Numbered from the stretch's first letter, positions 37,229 through 48,496 are shown. The stretch: DNA of 56,010 nucleotides from Candidatus Methanogaster sp. (GCA_003194445.1 PQXF01000009.1:12194-68203), one strand, 5' to 3'. The notes: generated from the letters alone by a model not told the origin. Numbers and translations are program-made.

Positions 37229-37403
37229 ATAGCAACCTTCGGCACAATATTTCAGTGGAGATGGTATTAGTTGTATGAATTGATATATTAACCTTACTGA
37301 AAATGGAATGGGGCTGTCAACCACTACCGCACTGCCACACCAATAAGGTTTTAAATCATTACACCAACGATCATCTCAACCCTATTAGATAACAGGAGGA
37401 TAA

Positions 37404-38390
<987 letters not shown>

Positions 38391-38395
38391 GTGAT

Positions 38396-39439
38396 TTGCC
38401 GCCAAAGATTGTAGAGGTCATCGAGAATGGCGTCTGCGCGGCTTGCGGGGCATGTGAAGCAACATGCCCCTTAAACGCCGTTCACGTAGAGTCTGAGGCA
38501 GATGTGCCTGAAGATGAGGCTCGTCCCCCAAGCGCAAGCAGACGCGATCCGAATAATCTAACTTACTATATTCACGGCGCAGCATGTGAGGTCTGTGAGG
38601 ACTGTCTGACCTGTTCAAGGGTTTGTCCTGTCGTGGACGGATTCCCTGAGGATGAGTTTGACAACGTCCGAAGCTTCAGGGGAGGAAAGAGTGAGCTAGA
38701 GGGGCAGGACGGTGCTGTCGTGTCAGCAATTCTCAAATCCTTATTCGAGCAGGGTGAGATCGACTGTGCTGTCGGTATCAAGCGGGACGACGACTGGAAT
38801 ATCGAGCCATTCATGCTGACGAAGGCGTCAGATGTTGATTTATCAAAGGGCACGAAGTACAGTTCAGCGCCGGTTCTTGCGCAGCTCAAGGAGGCTATGA
38901 CTAAGTACGAGAAGATCGCAGTTGTTGGAGTACCGTGTCAGGCACACGGCGCAGCACTCATGCGCGAGAACATGACCGACCGAATCGTGCTTGTGGTGGG
39001 CATTCTCTGCATGGAGAGCTTCACAAGCGAGGTGCTCCGCGAAAACATCATCCCTGATATCATGGGCCTCAATCTCAAGGAAGTCGTGAAGATGGACTTC
39101 GGAGGAGGTAAGTTCTGGGCATTCACCAAGAACGGTGATAATGGTGATGAGCCTGAACCTCATAATGTTGCGATCAAGGAAGTCGCACCGCTTGCACGAA
39201 CACCGTGCCACCACTGTCTAGATTACACAGCCTACTATGCGGATATCTCGGTCGGATCGGTAGGCGCGCCAGATGGATGGAACTCGGTCATCGTCAGAAC
39301 CGAGGCCGGAGAGAAGTACTTAAACAAAGTGAAAGGCATCGAATACATGGATGACCCGAAGCCAGGGATGTTCCTTATAAAGAAACTTGCAGACCAGAAG
39401 CACAAGAATAATGCGCCAAAGGAAGGAGAAGCGCATTAG
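38396..39439 (+). CDS. fpoF: F420H2 dehydrogenase subunit F (FrhB family with N-terminal ferredoxin motifs)
   Basis: [53 protein letters not shown]; downstream of mer. Confidence 0.9.
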   Translation: MPPKIVEVIENGVCAACGACEATCPLNAVHVESEADVPEDEARPPSASRRDPNNLTYYIHGAACEVCEDCLTCSRVCPVVDGFPEDEFDNVRSFRGGKSELEGQDGAVVSAILKSLFEQGEIDCAVGIKRDDDWNIEPFMLTKASDVDLSKGTKYSSAPVLAQLKEAMTKYEKIAVVGVPCQAHGAALMRENMTDRIVLVVGILCMESFTSEVLRENIIPDIMGLNLKEVVKMDFGGGKFWAFTKNGDNGDEPEPHNVAIKEVAPLARTPCHHCLDYTAYYADISVGSVGAPDGWNSVIVRTEAGEKYLNKVKGIEYMDDPKPGMFLIKKLADQKHKNNAPKEGEAH

Positions 39440-39947
39440 CCGTGCTTTTTATATCGGGCGCTTTCAGCCATACCACATAGGACATCATACTGTCCTTGAA
39501 AGCATCGCCGGCGAGGCTGACGAAATTATCGTCGGGATCGGCAGTGCACAGCGTAGTCATGAGATAGAGAATCCGTTTACCGCAGGCGAGCGTGTAGTTA
39601 TGGTCTCACGTTCGCTGAAAGATTTAGATATTGATTGTTACGTAATTCCGATCGAAGATATACAGCGAAATGCAGTCTGGGTCTCTCATGTGAGATCCAT
39701 GACCCCCTATTTTGATCTCGCGTACACCAACAACCCGCTTGTTTTCCGGTTGTTCGAGGAGGCAGGAGTTCAGGTCAAGCGTTCTCCAATGCACCAGCGG
39801 GATCTCTATTCCGGAACCCTTATACGAAAAAAGATGCTCTCTGGCGAGGATTGGGAGCATCTCGTACCTGATGCTGTGGCAGAGACGATTGATGATATCA
39901 GGGGGATCGAGCGGATCCGGGATATTGCACGAGATGATATAAAGTAG
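39411..39947 (+). CDS. nadM: Nicotinamide-nucleotide adenylyltransferase
   Basis: GRFQPYH.GH, GSAQ.SH...[13 protein letters not shown]; start uncertain (ATG at 39411 overlaps the fpoF end). Confidence 0.93.
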   Translation: MRQRKEKRISRAFYIGRFQPYHIGHHTVLESIAGEADEIIVGIGSAQRSHEIENPFTAGERVVMVSRSLKDLDIDCYVIPIEDIQRNAVWVSHVRSMTPYFDLAYTNNPLVFRLFEEAGVQVKRSPMHQRDLYSGTLIRKKMLSGEDWEHLVPDAVAETIDDIRGIERIRDIARDDIK

Positions 39948-40032
39948 TATCTGAAGGAAACTTTTTAATTTGCTCTGGTCGGTTGAAAACATGATGCCAA
40001 CCCGGCAAATACAAATATGATTAGATAGGTGT

Positions 40033-40104
40033 AATCAGTGAAATCGGTGTTAATCTGTGGCTAAAACAGTATCAGCCACATATTAACGCAGATGGACACA
40101 GATT
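40033..40104. repeat. Imperfect palindromic (REP-like) element, copy A
   Basis: aatcagtgaaatcggtgttaatctgtggct-aaaacagtatc-agccacatattaacgcagatggacacagatt. Confidence 0.8.
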
Positions 40105-40261
40105 AGCGGTGTAAACGACTTTTCAGATCGATAGTTCTCCATTATGGCAGTTGTGGTTGCGTAAGACAATCCGGCGTTCCCAGAAAACAATAAAAAGACT
40201 CATCTGAAGCTTGTTTGGACGTTACTGTGACCTTTTAAACGAGGAACTATTGTCTGAAGTT

Positions 40262-41008
40262 TCATCCGGACGAGCATAGAGCATCGTGCAGCCGCACCAC
40301 ATCCCCGATCACGACGATCGCAGGAGCCTTAACCCCGCGATCCTTTGCGATACCGACGATCGTGCTTAAACTTCCTGTGGTCACCACCTGATCATCCCGT
40401 GTTCCGCGCTCGATTATCGCAACAGGCGTATCAGGGTCACTGCCATACCGCATCAATTCCGGGATGTACGTGCCAAGCGTGCTCACCCCCATCAGGATCA
40501 CGAGCGTGCCCAACGACTGCGAAAGCCATTCCCAATCGAGCATCGATCCGTCTTTCTTCTGCTCATGCCCTGTGATGATCGTTACCATCGATGCGCTATC
40601 CCTGTGCGTAATCGGGATGCCAGCATACGCGGGAACCGCTATTGCCGACGTGATGCCGGGCACCACCTCGAACTCAATCCCGGCTCTCCGAAGCTCCAGT
40701 GCTTCCTCGCCACCCCTTCCAAAGAGGTATGGGTCGCCGCCCTTCAGACGAACCACCATATTTCCCTGCGATGCGTAATCGACCAGCAACCGGTTGATCT
40801 CATCCTGTGAAAGTGTGTGGTCGCCTGCGTATTTGCCGACATCGATCAGTTCCGCGCTTTTCGGAAGCGAGTTAAGTATTTCAGGTCCGGGCAGTTGGTC
40901 GTACACGATCACGTCCGCCTCCTTGGTAAGGCGCAGCGCCTTGATCGTCAGGAGTTCGGGGTCGCCGGGACCGGAGCCGACCAGATAGACCTTCCCATTC
41001 GGATGCAT
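40262..41008 (-). CDS. cobA: Uroporphyrinogen-III C-methyltransferase
   Basis: [49 protein letters not shown]. Confidence 0.95.
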   Translation of the reverse strand: MHPNGKVYLVGSGPGDPELLTIKALRLTKEADVIVYDQLPGPEILNSLPKSAELIDVGKYAGDHTLSQDEINRLLVDYASQGNMVVRLKGGDPYLFGRGGEEALELRRAGIEFEVVPGITSAIAVPAYAGIPITHRDSASMVTIITGHEQKKDGSMLDWEWLSQSLGTLVILMGVSTLGTYIPELMRYGSDPDTPVAIIERGTRDDQVVTTGSLSTIVGIAKDRGVKAPAIVVIGDVVRLHDALCSSG

Positions 41009-41050
41009 GGTAATCCCACTTGCATTAAGCATAATAACAGTTTCGTGAAT

Positions 41051-42224
41051 TCACGCTGTAACGGTCGGGACTCCATTCTCATCCCATCCCCGCTTTTCGT
41101 AATACATCGTAAGCGCACTCTCGAAATACTCACGATCCAACAATTCTCCTGCGTGTGGTCCGGTCTTGATCGGTGTAGTGAATGCCCGCTCGGATGGATA
41201 ATCATCCTCCCTTTTGACTCCAAGTTTTACGTTGATCGTGCGTGTGAGGTCATGGAGGTGGCTTGACAGCTCGAACATATCCCCAAGTGTTAATGAAACT
41301 CCTGTTGCCGCCGCGAATAACTCGGCATAGATATGCTCATCGGGCAGCAGAAGCAGGAGGTGTCCCCGATCTCGTATTTCAACATCGCATCGTCGTTTAT
41401 CGTATCAGCGCCATCGAAATGGGCATCGTTGAAGTTGTGGGTCGGCATCGCACCAACGGAGTTGATGTAATCGATGACCGACATCAAGCCCTGCTGCTGC
41501 CATAACTCGAAGAGATCGCGGCTCTTCAGGTAATCAAATGCCTGGTCGCCTGTGTTGACGAGCGCATCCATGTCATGAACTGGCAGATCATGCGATCCCC
41601 TTATTGCTACTGCTTTTAAGTTCTTTGAGCCAAAGATTGCACCCATGCCTGTGCGCCCGGCATTCCGGCTCCATTCAGTGTTGATACATGCGAATTTGAC
41701 GAGATTCTCTCCGGCAGGACCGATCACGGCAACCCGGGTCTCGATGTCGCCCATGTCCTCCTTGACAGCGCGCTCGGTATCGGAACTGGTCTTGTCCGCA
41801 TAAGCGGATGCACTTCTGATCTTGATATCCTCGTAATCGATGCAGATCACAGAAAGCGCGTCTGCCTTGCCCTTGATTACCAGTGCATCGTATCCCGCCT
41901 GCCGCAGTTCCACTCCCAAAAGCCCGCCCATGTTACTATCGCCGTATATGCCTGTTAGCGGCGAGATCGATATGAATGAGGTCTTGCCTGATGCCGGAAG
42001 GTACAAGCCAGAGAACGGACCCGGCGCAATCACTATAATGTTCTCGGGACCGAGCGGCTTTAGATCCGGGTGCTTCATGAGGTTGTCGAACACGATCTTC
42101 GCGCCCCAGCCCCTGCCGCCGATGTATTTCAGCGCGAACTCGTCATCAACATCGGTTACGACCGATTTGCCCTGCTCAGGTCGATATTCAATATCTTTTT
42201 TGTGTAACCGCCTTTGATCTCCAT
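41051..42224 (-). pseudogene. Aldehyde:ferredoxin oxidoreductase (tungsten AOR family), frameshifted and internally deleted
   Basis: MEIKGGYTKKILNIDLS, then a frame break to GKS...YIGGRGWGAK; SPLTG..GDSN.GG, IGPAGEN, GRTG.GA..GSKNLKA; truncated after CFCCP; C-terminal remnant REDD..SER...YYE.RGWDENG.P. Confidence 0.88.
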
Positions 42225-42358
42225 CTCGATGCCTCGTGTTTCTGTGTCACTTTATCCGTACTTGATAAAGTAAGTTATGGTTGCGTCGAACATACTTGGT
42301 CGGGTTTTGGGGCACAATCGAGAACTCCAGTGAAAACACTCTGATTTTGTGGTAACCA

Positions 42359-42455
42359 AATTCGTGTAATTCGCGTCATTCGTTGTCATTCGTGAATGCG
42401 TAGCATCGGCGCAGCAATCTCTCGGTGCTGATTTTATCACGAATGCCACGAATCG
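42359..42455. repeat. Short ATTCG/CGAAT repeat tract with an inverted partner
   Basis: aattcgtgtaattcgcgtcattcgttgtcattcgtg ... cacgaatgccacgaat. Confidence 0.55.
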
Positions 42456-42530
42456 AGTAAATCACTGGATTTTAGACAGTGTATGGTTGTGGTAAATAAG
42501 CACTGAACGTGGAAGCGATTAGATTTATGA

Positions 42531-42604
42531 AATCAGTGGAATCGATGTTAATCTGTGGCTAAAAACCCTTATCAGCCACAGATTAACGCGGATGAACACA
42601 GATT
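42531..42604. repeat. Imperfect palindromic (REP-like) element, copy B
   Basis: aatcagtggaatcgatgttaatctgtggct-aaaaacccttatc-agccacagattaacgcggatgaacacagatt, same orientation as copy A. Confidence 0.8.
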
Positions 42605-42859
42605 GGAGGTTATCTGCTCAACACGATATTTATTCAAAGGATTCTATATGGTATTTGGGCGTATTCGATCCCACCATCAAAGATTAAATGGCTTAAACGC
42701 CAGCGTCAGATTGACATCCCCAGATAGCCAAAAGATTTTATAATGAAGCGTGCCTTTTATCCACTGAGGTTTATCTTCATAGCTACAATCGCGCATGGGA
42801 GCTCCATAAGCAAAATGAATGAACCGGATGCTGGAAGAGGCAGTGCAGGAGTTTAATCA

Positions 42860-43579
42860 ATGCTGATCGAACTGCGAATACAACAACTTGCAGATAACAT
42901 CCGCAAGGATATGGACCTGCTCAACGATTACGAGGACAAACTGCGATACGAGACTGATCCGCGCCGTCTGGCAAGATATCGCACGGAGATCGAACGCCAG
43001 CACGAGTCCTTGAGCCGCTACCAGCAGGAGTACGATGAACTGCGCGGGCCGGTGACCGGCGAGCCGCCAGCAGGGATGCAGGACAGCGCAGATATGTTGC
43101 GGCAGATGGATGCCAAACTGGATGGTCTTCTGAGCGGTCTGAAAGACATACATGGCGATTTGGTGGACTTTCGCAAGACTCTGCTCGCCCGCTTCGATGA
43201 CAGCGAGCAAGTGATCGTCTCTACGGTCGTTCAGCGGCTCGATCAAAATCAATTGGCTACGGTGCGGAGCATACTGGATGAAATAGAATCCAATCGTCTT
43301 CCGGAAAACGAGCTTCAAGAGACTTTAAGCGCGGTTTTACAAGCTCTATCTGAAATTAAACAGAACGAGGCAGGATGTTACGACTCCCGACTGGTGAGCG
43401 AAGCTGCGAACCTGTCAGAGGTGGTCGATAATCCGAAACTCGATGTGAATCACAAGCTCAAGGTTTCAATCCCAATTATACCGCTCATTCTAAAATACGA
43501 AACCGAGGTCGGACTGAAGAGTGGACTGAACCTGAAAAACGCATTGCAGAGATTGAAAGCATGGCGAGGTAGGGGATGA
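42860..43579 (+). CDS. Helical protein with an N-terminal domain shared with the downstream NB-ARC protein; putative effector/adaptor
   Basis: N-terminal LLNDYED.LRYETDPRRLARYR.EIERQ; C-terminal KLKVSIPIIPLILKYE.E..L motif; ATGA overlap with the next gene. Confidence 0.8.
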   Translation: MLIELRIQQLADNIRKDMDLLNDYEDKLRYETDPRRLARYRTEIERQHESLSRYQQEYDELRGPVTGEPPAGMQDSADMLRQMDAKLDGLLSGLKDIHGDLVDFRKTLLARFDDSEQVIVSTVVQRLDQNQLATVRSILDEIESNRLPENELQETLSAVLQALSEIKQNEAGCYDSRLVSEAANLSEVVDNPKLDVNHKLKVSIPIIPLILKYETEVGLKSGLNLKNALQRLKAWRGRG

Positions 43580-45567
43580 ACGAAGACCTAATCGAAGAGC
43601 GTCTGAAAGCTCTTGAAGGCAACATCCGCGAGGATATGGCCCTGCTCAACGATTACGAGGATGAACTGCGATACGAGACTGATCCGCGCCGTCTGGCAAG
43701 ATATCGCAGGGAGATCGAACGGCAGCGCGAGTCACTCGTACAGTACCAGCAGGAGTATGGCGAACTGCAGAAGCAGGCGACACCGGCAGAGATGCGGAAC
43801 GTAACTGATCTCTTGCAGCAGCAAGACATGAAACTGGAGGATATCCGGAAATTGCTGCCGCCAGTCTGGAACGTTTCTCACCACCGCAACCCAAACTTCA
43901 CGGGTCGGGAGGACATCCTATCAGAACTCAGGTCAGCTCTCACTTCAGGAGAGCCTGCCGCGTGGAAACAGGCTCTAACCGGTATGGGCGGTGTGGGCAA
44001 GACCCAGCTTGCTGTGGAGCATATCTACCGCCATAAGCCTGATTACAGGGTCATCTGGTGGATCCGGTCTGAAGAGCCGGCTGCGATGGCTGCCGATTAT
44101 GCCAGTCTTGCCGCCAGTCTGGATCTGCCAGAGAAAGACTCCATCGACCAAACAGAGATGGTCAGGGCTGTAAAGCGTTGGCTTGAGCATAATTCGGACT
44201 GGCTGCTCATCTTTGATAACGCGAATTACCAGAGAGCGATCCGCGACTACATCCCGCTGGGAGGGGCAGGTCATGTGATTATCACCTCCAGAAACCCGGA
44301 CTGGGGCAGTGTAGCCGGACTGCTTCCGGTTAAGAAATTTGATCGAGCCGACTCGATTAAGTTCCTCTGCAAGCGTACCGGGCAGGATGATCTGGATGCT
44401 GCTGATGCGCTCGCAGGCGAACTTGGCGACCTGCCTCTGGCTCTCGAGCAGGCAGGATCCTACATCAAGGCGACAGGAACCGCGCTTACGGATTATCAGG
44501 AACTCTTCCAGTCCCGGCGGAAGGAGCTATGGGGGGACGAATCTCCTCCGCCGGACTACCCGGACTCGGCTGCTACCACATGGTCTCTTGCAATGGATGA
44601 CGTCAGGGAAGAATCCGAGGAAGCCGCGGATCTGCTGAACCTCTGCGCGTTTTTGGCTCCGGACGAGATCCCTCTTGATATGTTGGGCGAGGGGGCAGAA
44701 CAGATCCCCGAGCCGCTTGCATCGACATCATCCGACAGACTGGCTATGAATCGAGCGATACGGGTACTCGGGCGGTACTCCTTGATCGATGCAAGTGACG
44801 AATCCCTCTCAGTCCATAGACTGGTTCAAGCAGTGGTGCGGGACCGTTTGGGTGAAGACGATGGAGATGGGTGGGCAGAGACTGCTGTGAACCTCTTGAG
44901 TGCAGTTTTTCCCTACGATAGTGATGACGTGCGGACATGGCACCGGTGCGAATGTCTACTGCCTCACACTATGGCGGCGGCTGCCCACACCGAAGCACGA
45001 GAGGTGGCACCAGAAGAAACAGCGTATATCTTGAATCAAACAGGCTCGTATTTGTGGGGACGCGCTGAGTTTGCCGAGGCTAAATCTCACCTTGAACGGG
45101 CTTTGGTTCTTGCTGAAAAAGCGTATGGAAGAGACCATCCAAGCGTAGCCATCCGCGTCAACAACCTCGGCAGAGTCCTGCAAGACCTTGGTAACCTCCC
45201 CGCGGCAAAGGAGTGCTTTGAGCGTGCGCTTGCGATCGATGAAGAGGTCTACGGAAGTGACCATCCAAACGTAGCCATCCGCGTCAACAACCTCGGCAGC
45301 GTCCTGCGAGCTCTTGGTGACCTCCCCGCGGCAAAGGAGTGCTATGAGCGTGCGCTTGCGATCGATGAAGAGGTCTACGGAAGAGACCATCCAAATGTAG
45401 CCATCCGCGTCAACAACCTCGGCAGCGTCCTGCAAGATCTTGGTGACCTCCCCGCGGCAAAGGAACACTATGAGCGTGCGCTTGAGATATTCCGGAGGTT
45501 TCTCGGAGAGGATCATCCATCCACAGTAACGGTGCGAAACAATCTCGAGTCGCTTGCAGACGTTTGA
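43576..45567 (+). CDS. NLR-like STAND protein: shared N-terminal domain, NB-ARC NTPase, winged helix, TPR repeats
   Basis: RNPNFTGRE, Walker A GMGGVGKT, WLLIFDNA, IITSR, GDLPLALEQAG, VHRLVQ, 42-aa TPRs. Confidence 0.93.
   Translation: MNEDLIEERLKALEGNIREDMALLNDYEDELRYETDPRRLARYRREIERQRESLVQYQQEYGELQKQATPAEMRNVTDLLQQQDMKLEDIRKLLPPVWNVSHHRNPNFTGREDILSELRSALTSGEPAAWKQALTGMGGVGKTQLAVEHIYRHKPDYRVIWWIRSEEPAAMAADYASLAASLDLPEKDSIDQTEMVRAVKRWLEHNSDWLLIFDNANYQRAIRDYIPLGGAGHVIITSRNPDWGSVAGLLPVKKFDRADSIKFLCKRTGQDDLDAADALAGELGDLPLALEQAGSYIKATGTALTDYQELFQSRRKELWGDESPPPDYPDSAATTWSLAMDDVREESEEAADLLNLCAFLAPDEIPLDMLGEGAEQIPEPLASTSSDRLAMNRAIRVLGRYSLIDASDESLSVHRLVQAVVRDRLGEDDGDGWAETAVNLLSAVFPYDSDDVRTWHRCECLLPHTMAAAAHTEAREVAPEETAYILNQTGSYLWGRAEFAEAKSHLERALVLAEKAYGRDHPSVAIRVNNLGRVLQDLGNLPAAKECFERALAIDEEVYGSDHPNVAIRVNNLGSVLRALGDLPAAKECYERALAIDEEVYGRDHPNVAIRVNNLGSVLQDLGDLPAAKEHYERALEIFRRFLGEDHPSTVTVRNNLESLADV
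45133..45519 (+). repeat. 126-bp near-identical tandem repeats encoding TPRs (3 copies plus a partial)
   Basis: gaccatccaa..gtagccatccgcgtcaacaacctcggcag at 45133, 45259 and 45385. Confidence 0.95.
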
Positions 45568-45576
45568 GGACAGGCT

Positions 45577-46992
45577 CTACGAATAGACCGCCCGCCGGTA
45601 CGACCCGAGCACCTTTAACCGCGCAACCGTCCCCTCGATCGACTGCACAGCCTCATGGATCTTGCCGTCGTGGATGTGCCCCTGAAAGTCGATATAGAAG
45701 AGATAATCCCCGAGTGCCTTTCTGGTCGGGCGTGATTCGATCTTCGTGAGGTTGATATCCCGCGATGAAAACTTGCCAAGCAGTTCGTGGAGTGCGCCTG
45801 GGCGGTCCTTGTGCAGATCCACGATGATCGAGGTCTTGTCCTGCCCTGACGTTTGCGGGACTGTGGTTCCAAGCACGATAAATCTGGTATGATTCTCATC
45901 AACGTCCTGAATCTCTTCAAAAAGTATTTTAAGTCCGTATCTCAGCGCAATATCCGCGGATGCGATCGCCGCGACCCCCTCCTCGCCCGATGCAAGTTCC
46001 GCGGCGTGTGCTGTGCTTGCAGCCACCTGAATCTCTGCATCGCTAAAGTGCCTCTGCAAGAACCGCCTGCACTGCGCGGTAGCCTGTGGATGTGAGACGA
46101 TCGTCTTGATGGGCGCGGTCTCGCTCTTTACAAGCAGGGAGTGTTGTATCGGAAGGATTATCTCGCCTACGATCGTTACATTGTACTTCAGCAGCGCATC
46201 GAGCGTTGCCCCGACCGATCCCTCGAGCGAGTTCTCTACCGGAACAACTCCGAAATCTGCCCGGTTTCCAACAGAAGATGCGATCTCGCCGACGTCACTG
46301 AAGTACACAAACTCGGCAGGCTCGGTACTCCACCTCTTTGCTGCCTGTTCGCTGAATGTGCCTGCAGGTCCGAGTACCCCGATCGTTATCTTGCGGTCGC
46401 CGCGGTTTATTGCGCTGCCGACCACGACAGAGAAGAGATCTGCCATAGCTTCGGGAGGATTCTCGGTCGTGCCTACCGCGATCCGCTCATCAGGGTACGC
46501 TACATACTCGCATACCGCAACAGGGGTTGCGAATCCGTGATCCAGCAGGAACTTCGAGACCTCCTGCAGATCAAACCGCGCATCAGGAAGGACGAAGACG
46601 GTCTTGCCAAGTTCGAGTTCGGATAGAATCAGTTCCTTTGCGCGATTGATATCGCGGGCATGTGCCGTCACCGCGGCAAGCTCGGTCTGCTCGATCTTGA
46701 GTCTTGCAGCAACGACCTGCATCGATGAGATCCCGGGCACGATCGTGTCGCCCGCCTTTGCAAACCGTCCGAGGCCGGAGAGCATTGGGTCGCCTGTAGA
46801 GAGTACCGCGGCACCGTCAGGCAGTTCCGAAATCCTCTTGTAGTCCTTGATCTCATGGCAATCGCACCTGATATGATCCTTCGCAAGTTCTATCGCACGC
46901 TTCGATCCATAGACTACGGATGCATTCTCGATGGCATCCGCCGCCTCTGCGGTCAACAGATTCCTGCCTGCGCCAACGCCTACGATCTTCAT
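45577..46992 (-). CDS. Fusion of cobalt-precorrin-7 C5-methyltransferase (CbiE) and prephenate dehydratase (PheA, with ACT domain)
   Basis: N-terminal IVGVGAG...LT, LSTGDPM.SGLG, PGISS; C-terminal LGP.GTFSEQAA, PVENS.EGSV, SHPQA..QC, N.TRF, DRPG.L, NLTKIESRP. Confidence 0.92.
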   Translation of the reverse strand: MKIVGVGAGRNLLTAEAADAIENASVVYGSKRAIELAKDHIRCDCHEIKDYKRISELPDGAAVLSTGDPMLSGLGRFAKAGDTIVPGISSMQVVAARLKIEQTELAAVTAHARDINRAKELILSELELGKTVFVLPDARFDLQEVSKFLLDHGFATPVAVCEYVAYPDERIAVGTTENPPEAMADLFSVVVGSAINRGDRKITIGVLGPAGTFSEQAAKRWSTEPAEFVYFSDVGEIASSVGNRADFGVVPVENSLEGSVGATLDALLKYNVTIVGEIILPIQHSLLVKSETAPIKTIVSHPQATAQCRRFLQRHFSDAEIQVAASTAHAAELASGEEGVAAIASADIALRYGLKILFEEIQDVDENHTRFIVLGTTVPQTSGQDKTSIIVDLHKDRPGALHELLGKFSSRDINLTKIESRPTRKALGDYLFYIDFQGHIHDGKIHEAVQSIEGTVARLKVLGSYRRAVYS

Positions 46993-47269
46993 CGTGGAAA
47001 CTGTTGCGGCGAATAGTATTAACGAGTTGGGTTCATCCGGATCGAGTTGGCAGCCCCTAAACGAAAACCTTAAATATGCTGCTGCCTTATGAAATGGGTT
47101 AAATCATGAAAAGTATGATTAGAACAATGGGTTTGGTAGCTTTGACATATATAGTGATGGTGAGGCGGAAATAATTGTCTCTCTTTTTCACCCGTTGCTG
47201 TACATATCCGTGCATTCGAACACCTATGCAAGCCGGCAGCGCATCACGATTGGAGACTGAGGTGAGAAG

Positions 47270-48097
47270 ACGGATCTGATAACAGCAATAATCATACTCG
47301 CAATCACTGGCATCGCGGTCGGGCTTGCAAGCGGGCTGCTCGGCGTCGGCGGGTGTTTCATCATGGTTCCGGTGCAGTTCGGGGTATTCCAGGCGATGGG
47401 CGTTTCTCCGGATATTGCGATCCTGCTTGCGTTTGGGACGAATCTCCTTGTCGTGCTGCCAACCGTTGCAAGCAGCGCAGTGGGGCACAGCAAGAAGGGC
47501 GCGGTCTGGTGGCGGGCTGGCATCTTTCTCGGCATTGCAAGCGCTGTTGGCGCAGTGATTGGCGCTACGATTGCGGCGCATCTGTCTGTCGAGGTGCTGA
47601 CGGTTTCGTTTGGCATAGCGGTTCTTGCTGGCGCCATCAGGATGCTCACCGCGAATCCGCCAGCGATTACGGAAGAGCCGAAGGATCGCCCGCTTCTCTG
47701 GATGGCGTGCGGCTTTCCGATCGGCATCGTATCAGGTATCGTCGGGATCGGTGGCGGCGTATTGACGATTCCAGTGATGGTGCTTCTGCTCAAGTTCAGG
47801 ATGCATCTGGCAGTCGGAACATCGAATGCGATGATGATGGCAACAAGCATCGGCGGCGTTATTGGTTATGTCGTAAACGGGCTTGGAGTCGAGGGGCTGC
47901 CTGCGTACTCGATCGGATATGTGAATCTTGTGTCATGGCTTGCGCTTGCGATGACGAGCGTACCGATGGCGCAGGTCGGAGTCATGGCTGCGCACAGACT
48001 GCCTGCTAAGGAACTGAAGTACGTCTTCATCGCTGTGATGGTGTATATGGGGCTTAAGATGATCGGGGTGTTTGGGTGGCTTGGACTGCCGATATGA
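47270..48097 (+). CDS. TSUP (TauE/SafE) family permease; conserved N-terminus begins at ACG 47270
   Basis: G.ASGLLGVGG...VP, A.GT.L, SG..GIGGG....P, A.GTS; first TM helix lies upstream of the ORF-track ATG. Confidence 0.88.
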   Translation, partial: TDLITAIIILAITGIAVGLASGLLGVGGCFIMVPVQFGVFQAMGVSPDIAILLAFGTNLLVVLPTVASSAVGHSKKGAVWWRAGIFLGIASAVGAVIGATIAAHLSVEVLTVSFGIAVLAGAIRMLTANPPAITEEPKDRPLLWMACGFPIGIVSGIVGIGGGVLTIPVMVLLLKFRMHLAVGTSNAMMMATSIGGVIGYVVNGLGVEGLPAYSIGYVNLVSWLALAMTSVPMAQVGVMAAHRLPAKELKYVFIAVMVYMGLKMIGVFGWLGLPI

Positions 48098-48126
48098 GGA
48101 CTGTATGAGGGTATCAACCTGACATT

Positions 48127-48495
48127 TCAACACCGGTTCGGATGGGCGGTCACCCGGGTCCACAGAGCAACTCTTCTGCCAAGATCGGTCGGATAGTAGA
48201 TCAGGTAATTCCCTTCCTGCCGTGCGCACACGAGACCACCATCCTTGAGCACCGAGAGATGGTACGACATCTTCGAGTACGCATATCCGGTCATCGCAAC
48301 GAGAAGACAGACGCACATCGGCTGCATGAAGAGCGCAAAGAGCACCTTGACCCGCACAGGATCGGATAGCGCACGTGCAACCAAGACAATAGCCCCGATC
48401 TTCCGGTCAGCAGGCAGCGATCCCGCGATTCCAGCGATCCCGCCTTTCCCTTCCAGGTCACACCGGATCGAATCCGGTATCTCAATTGCGTCCAT
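48127..48495 (-). CDS. arsR: ArsR/SmtB family transcriptional regulator
   Basis: ALSDP.R...L..L...PMCVC.L, S..SYHL..LK..GLV....EGNY..Y; divergent from the ars genes. Confidence 0.88.
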   Translation of the reverse strand: MDAIEIPDSIRCDLEGKGGIAGIAGSLPADRKIGAIVLVARALSDPVRVKVLFALFMQPMCVCLLVAMTGYAYSKMSYHLSVLKDGGLVCARQEGNYLIYYPTDLGRRVALWTRVTAHPNRC

Positions 48496-48496
48496 G

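Noticed and set aside
39421-39440. Possible ATT start for nadM behind an AAGGAG motif
   Set aside because: An in-frame ATG at 39411 is available, so a non-canonical start is not required
42555-42743. 62-aa ORF (PQINADEHR)
   Set aside because: Its start is the translation of the palindromic repeat; no evidence for a real gene
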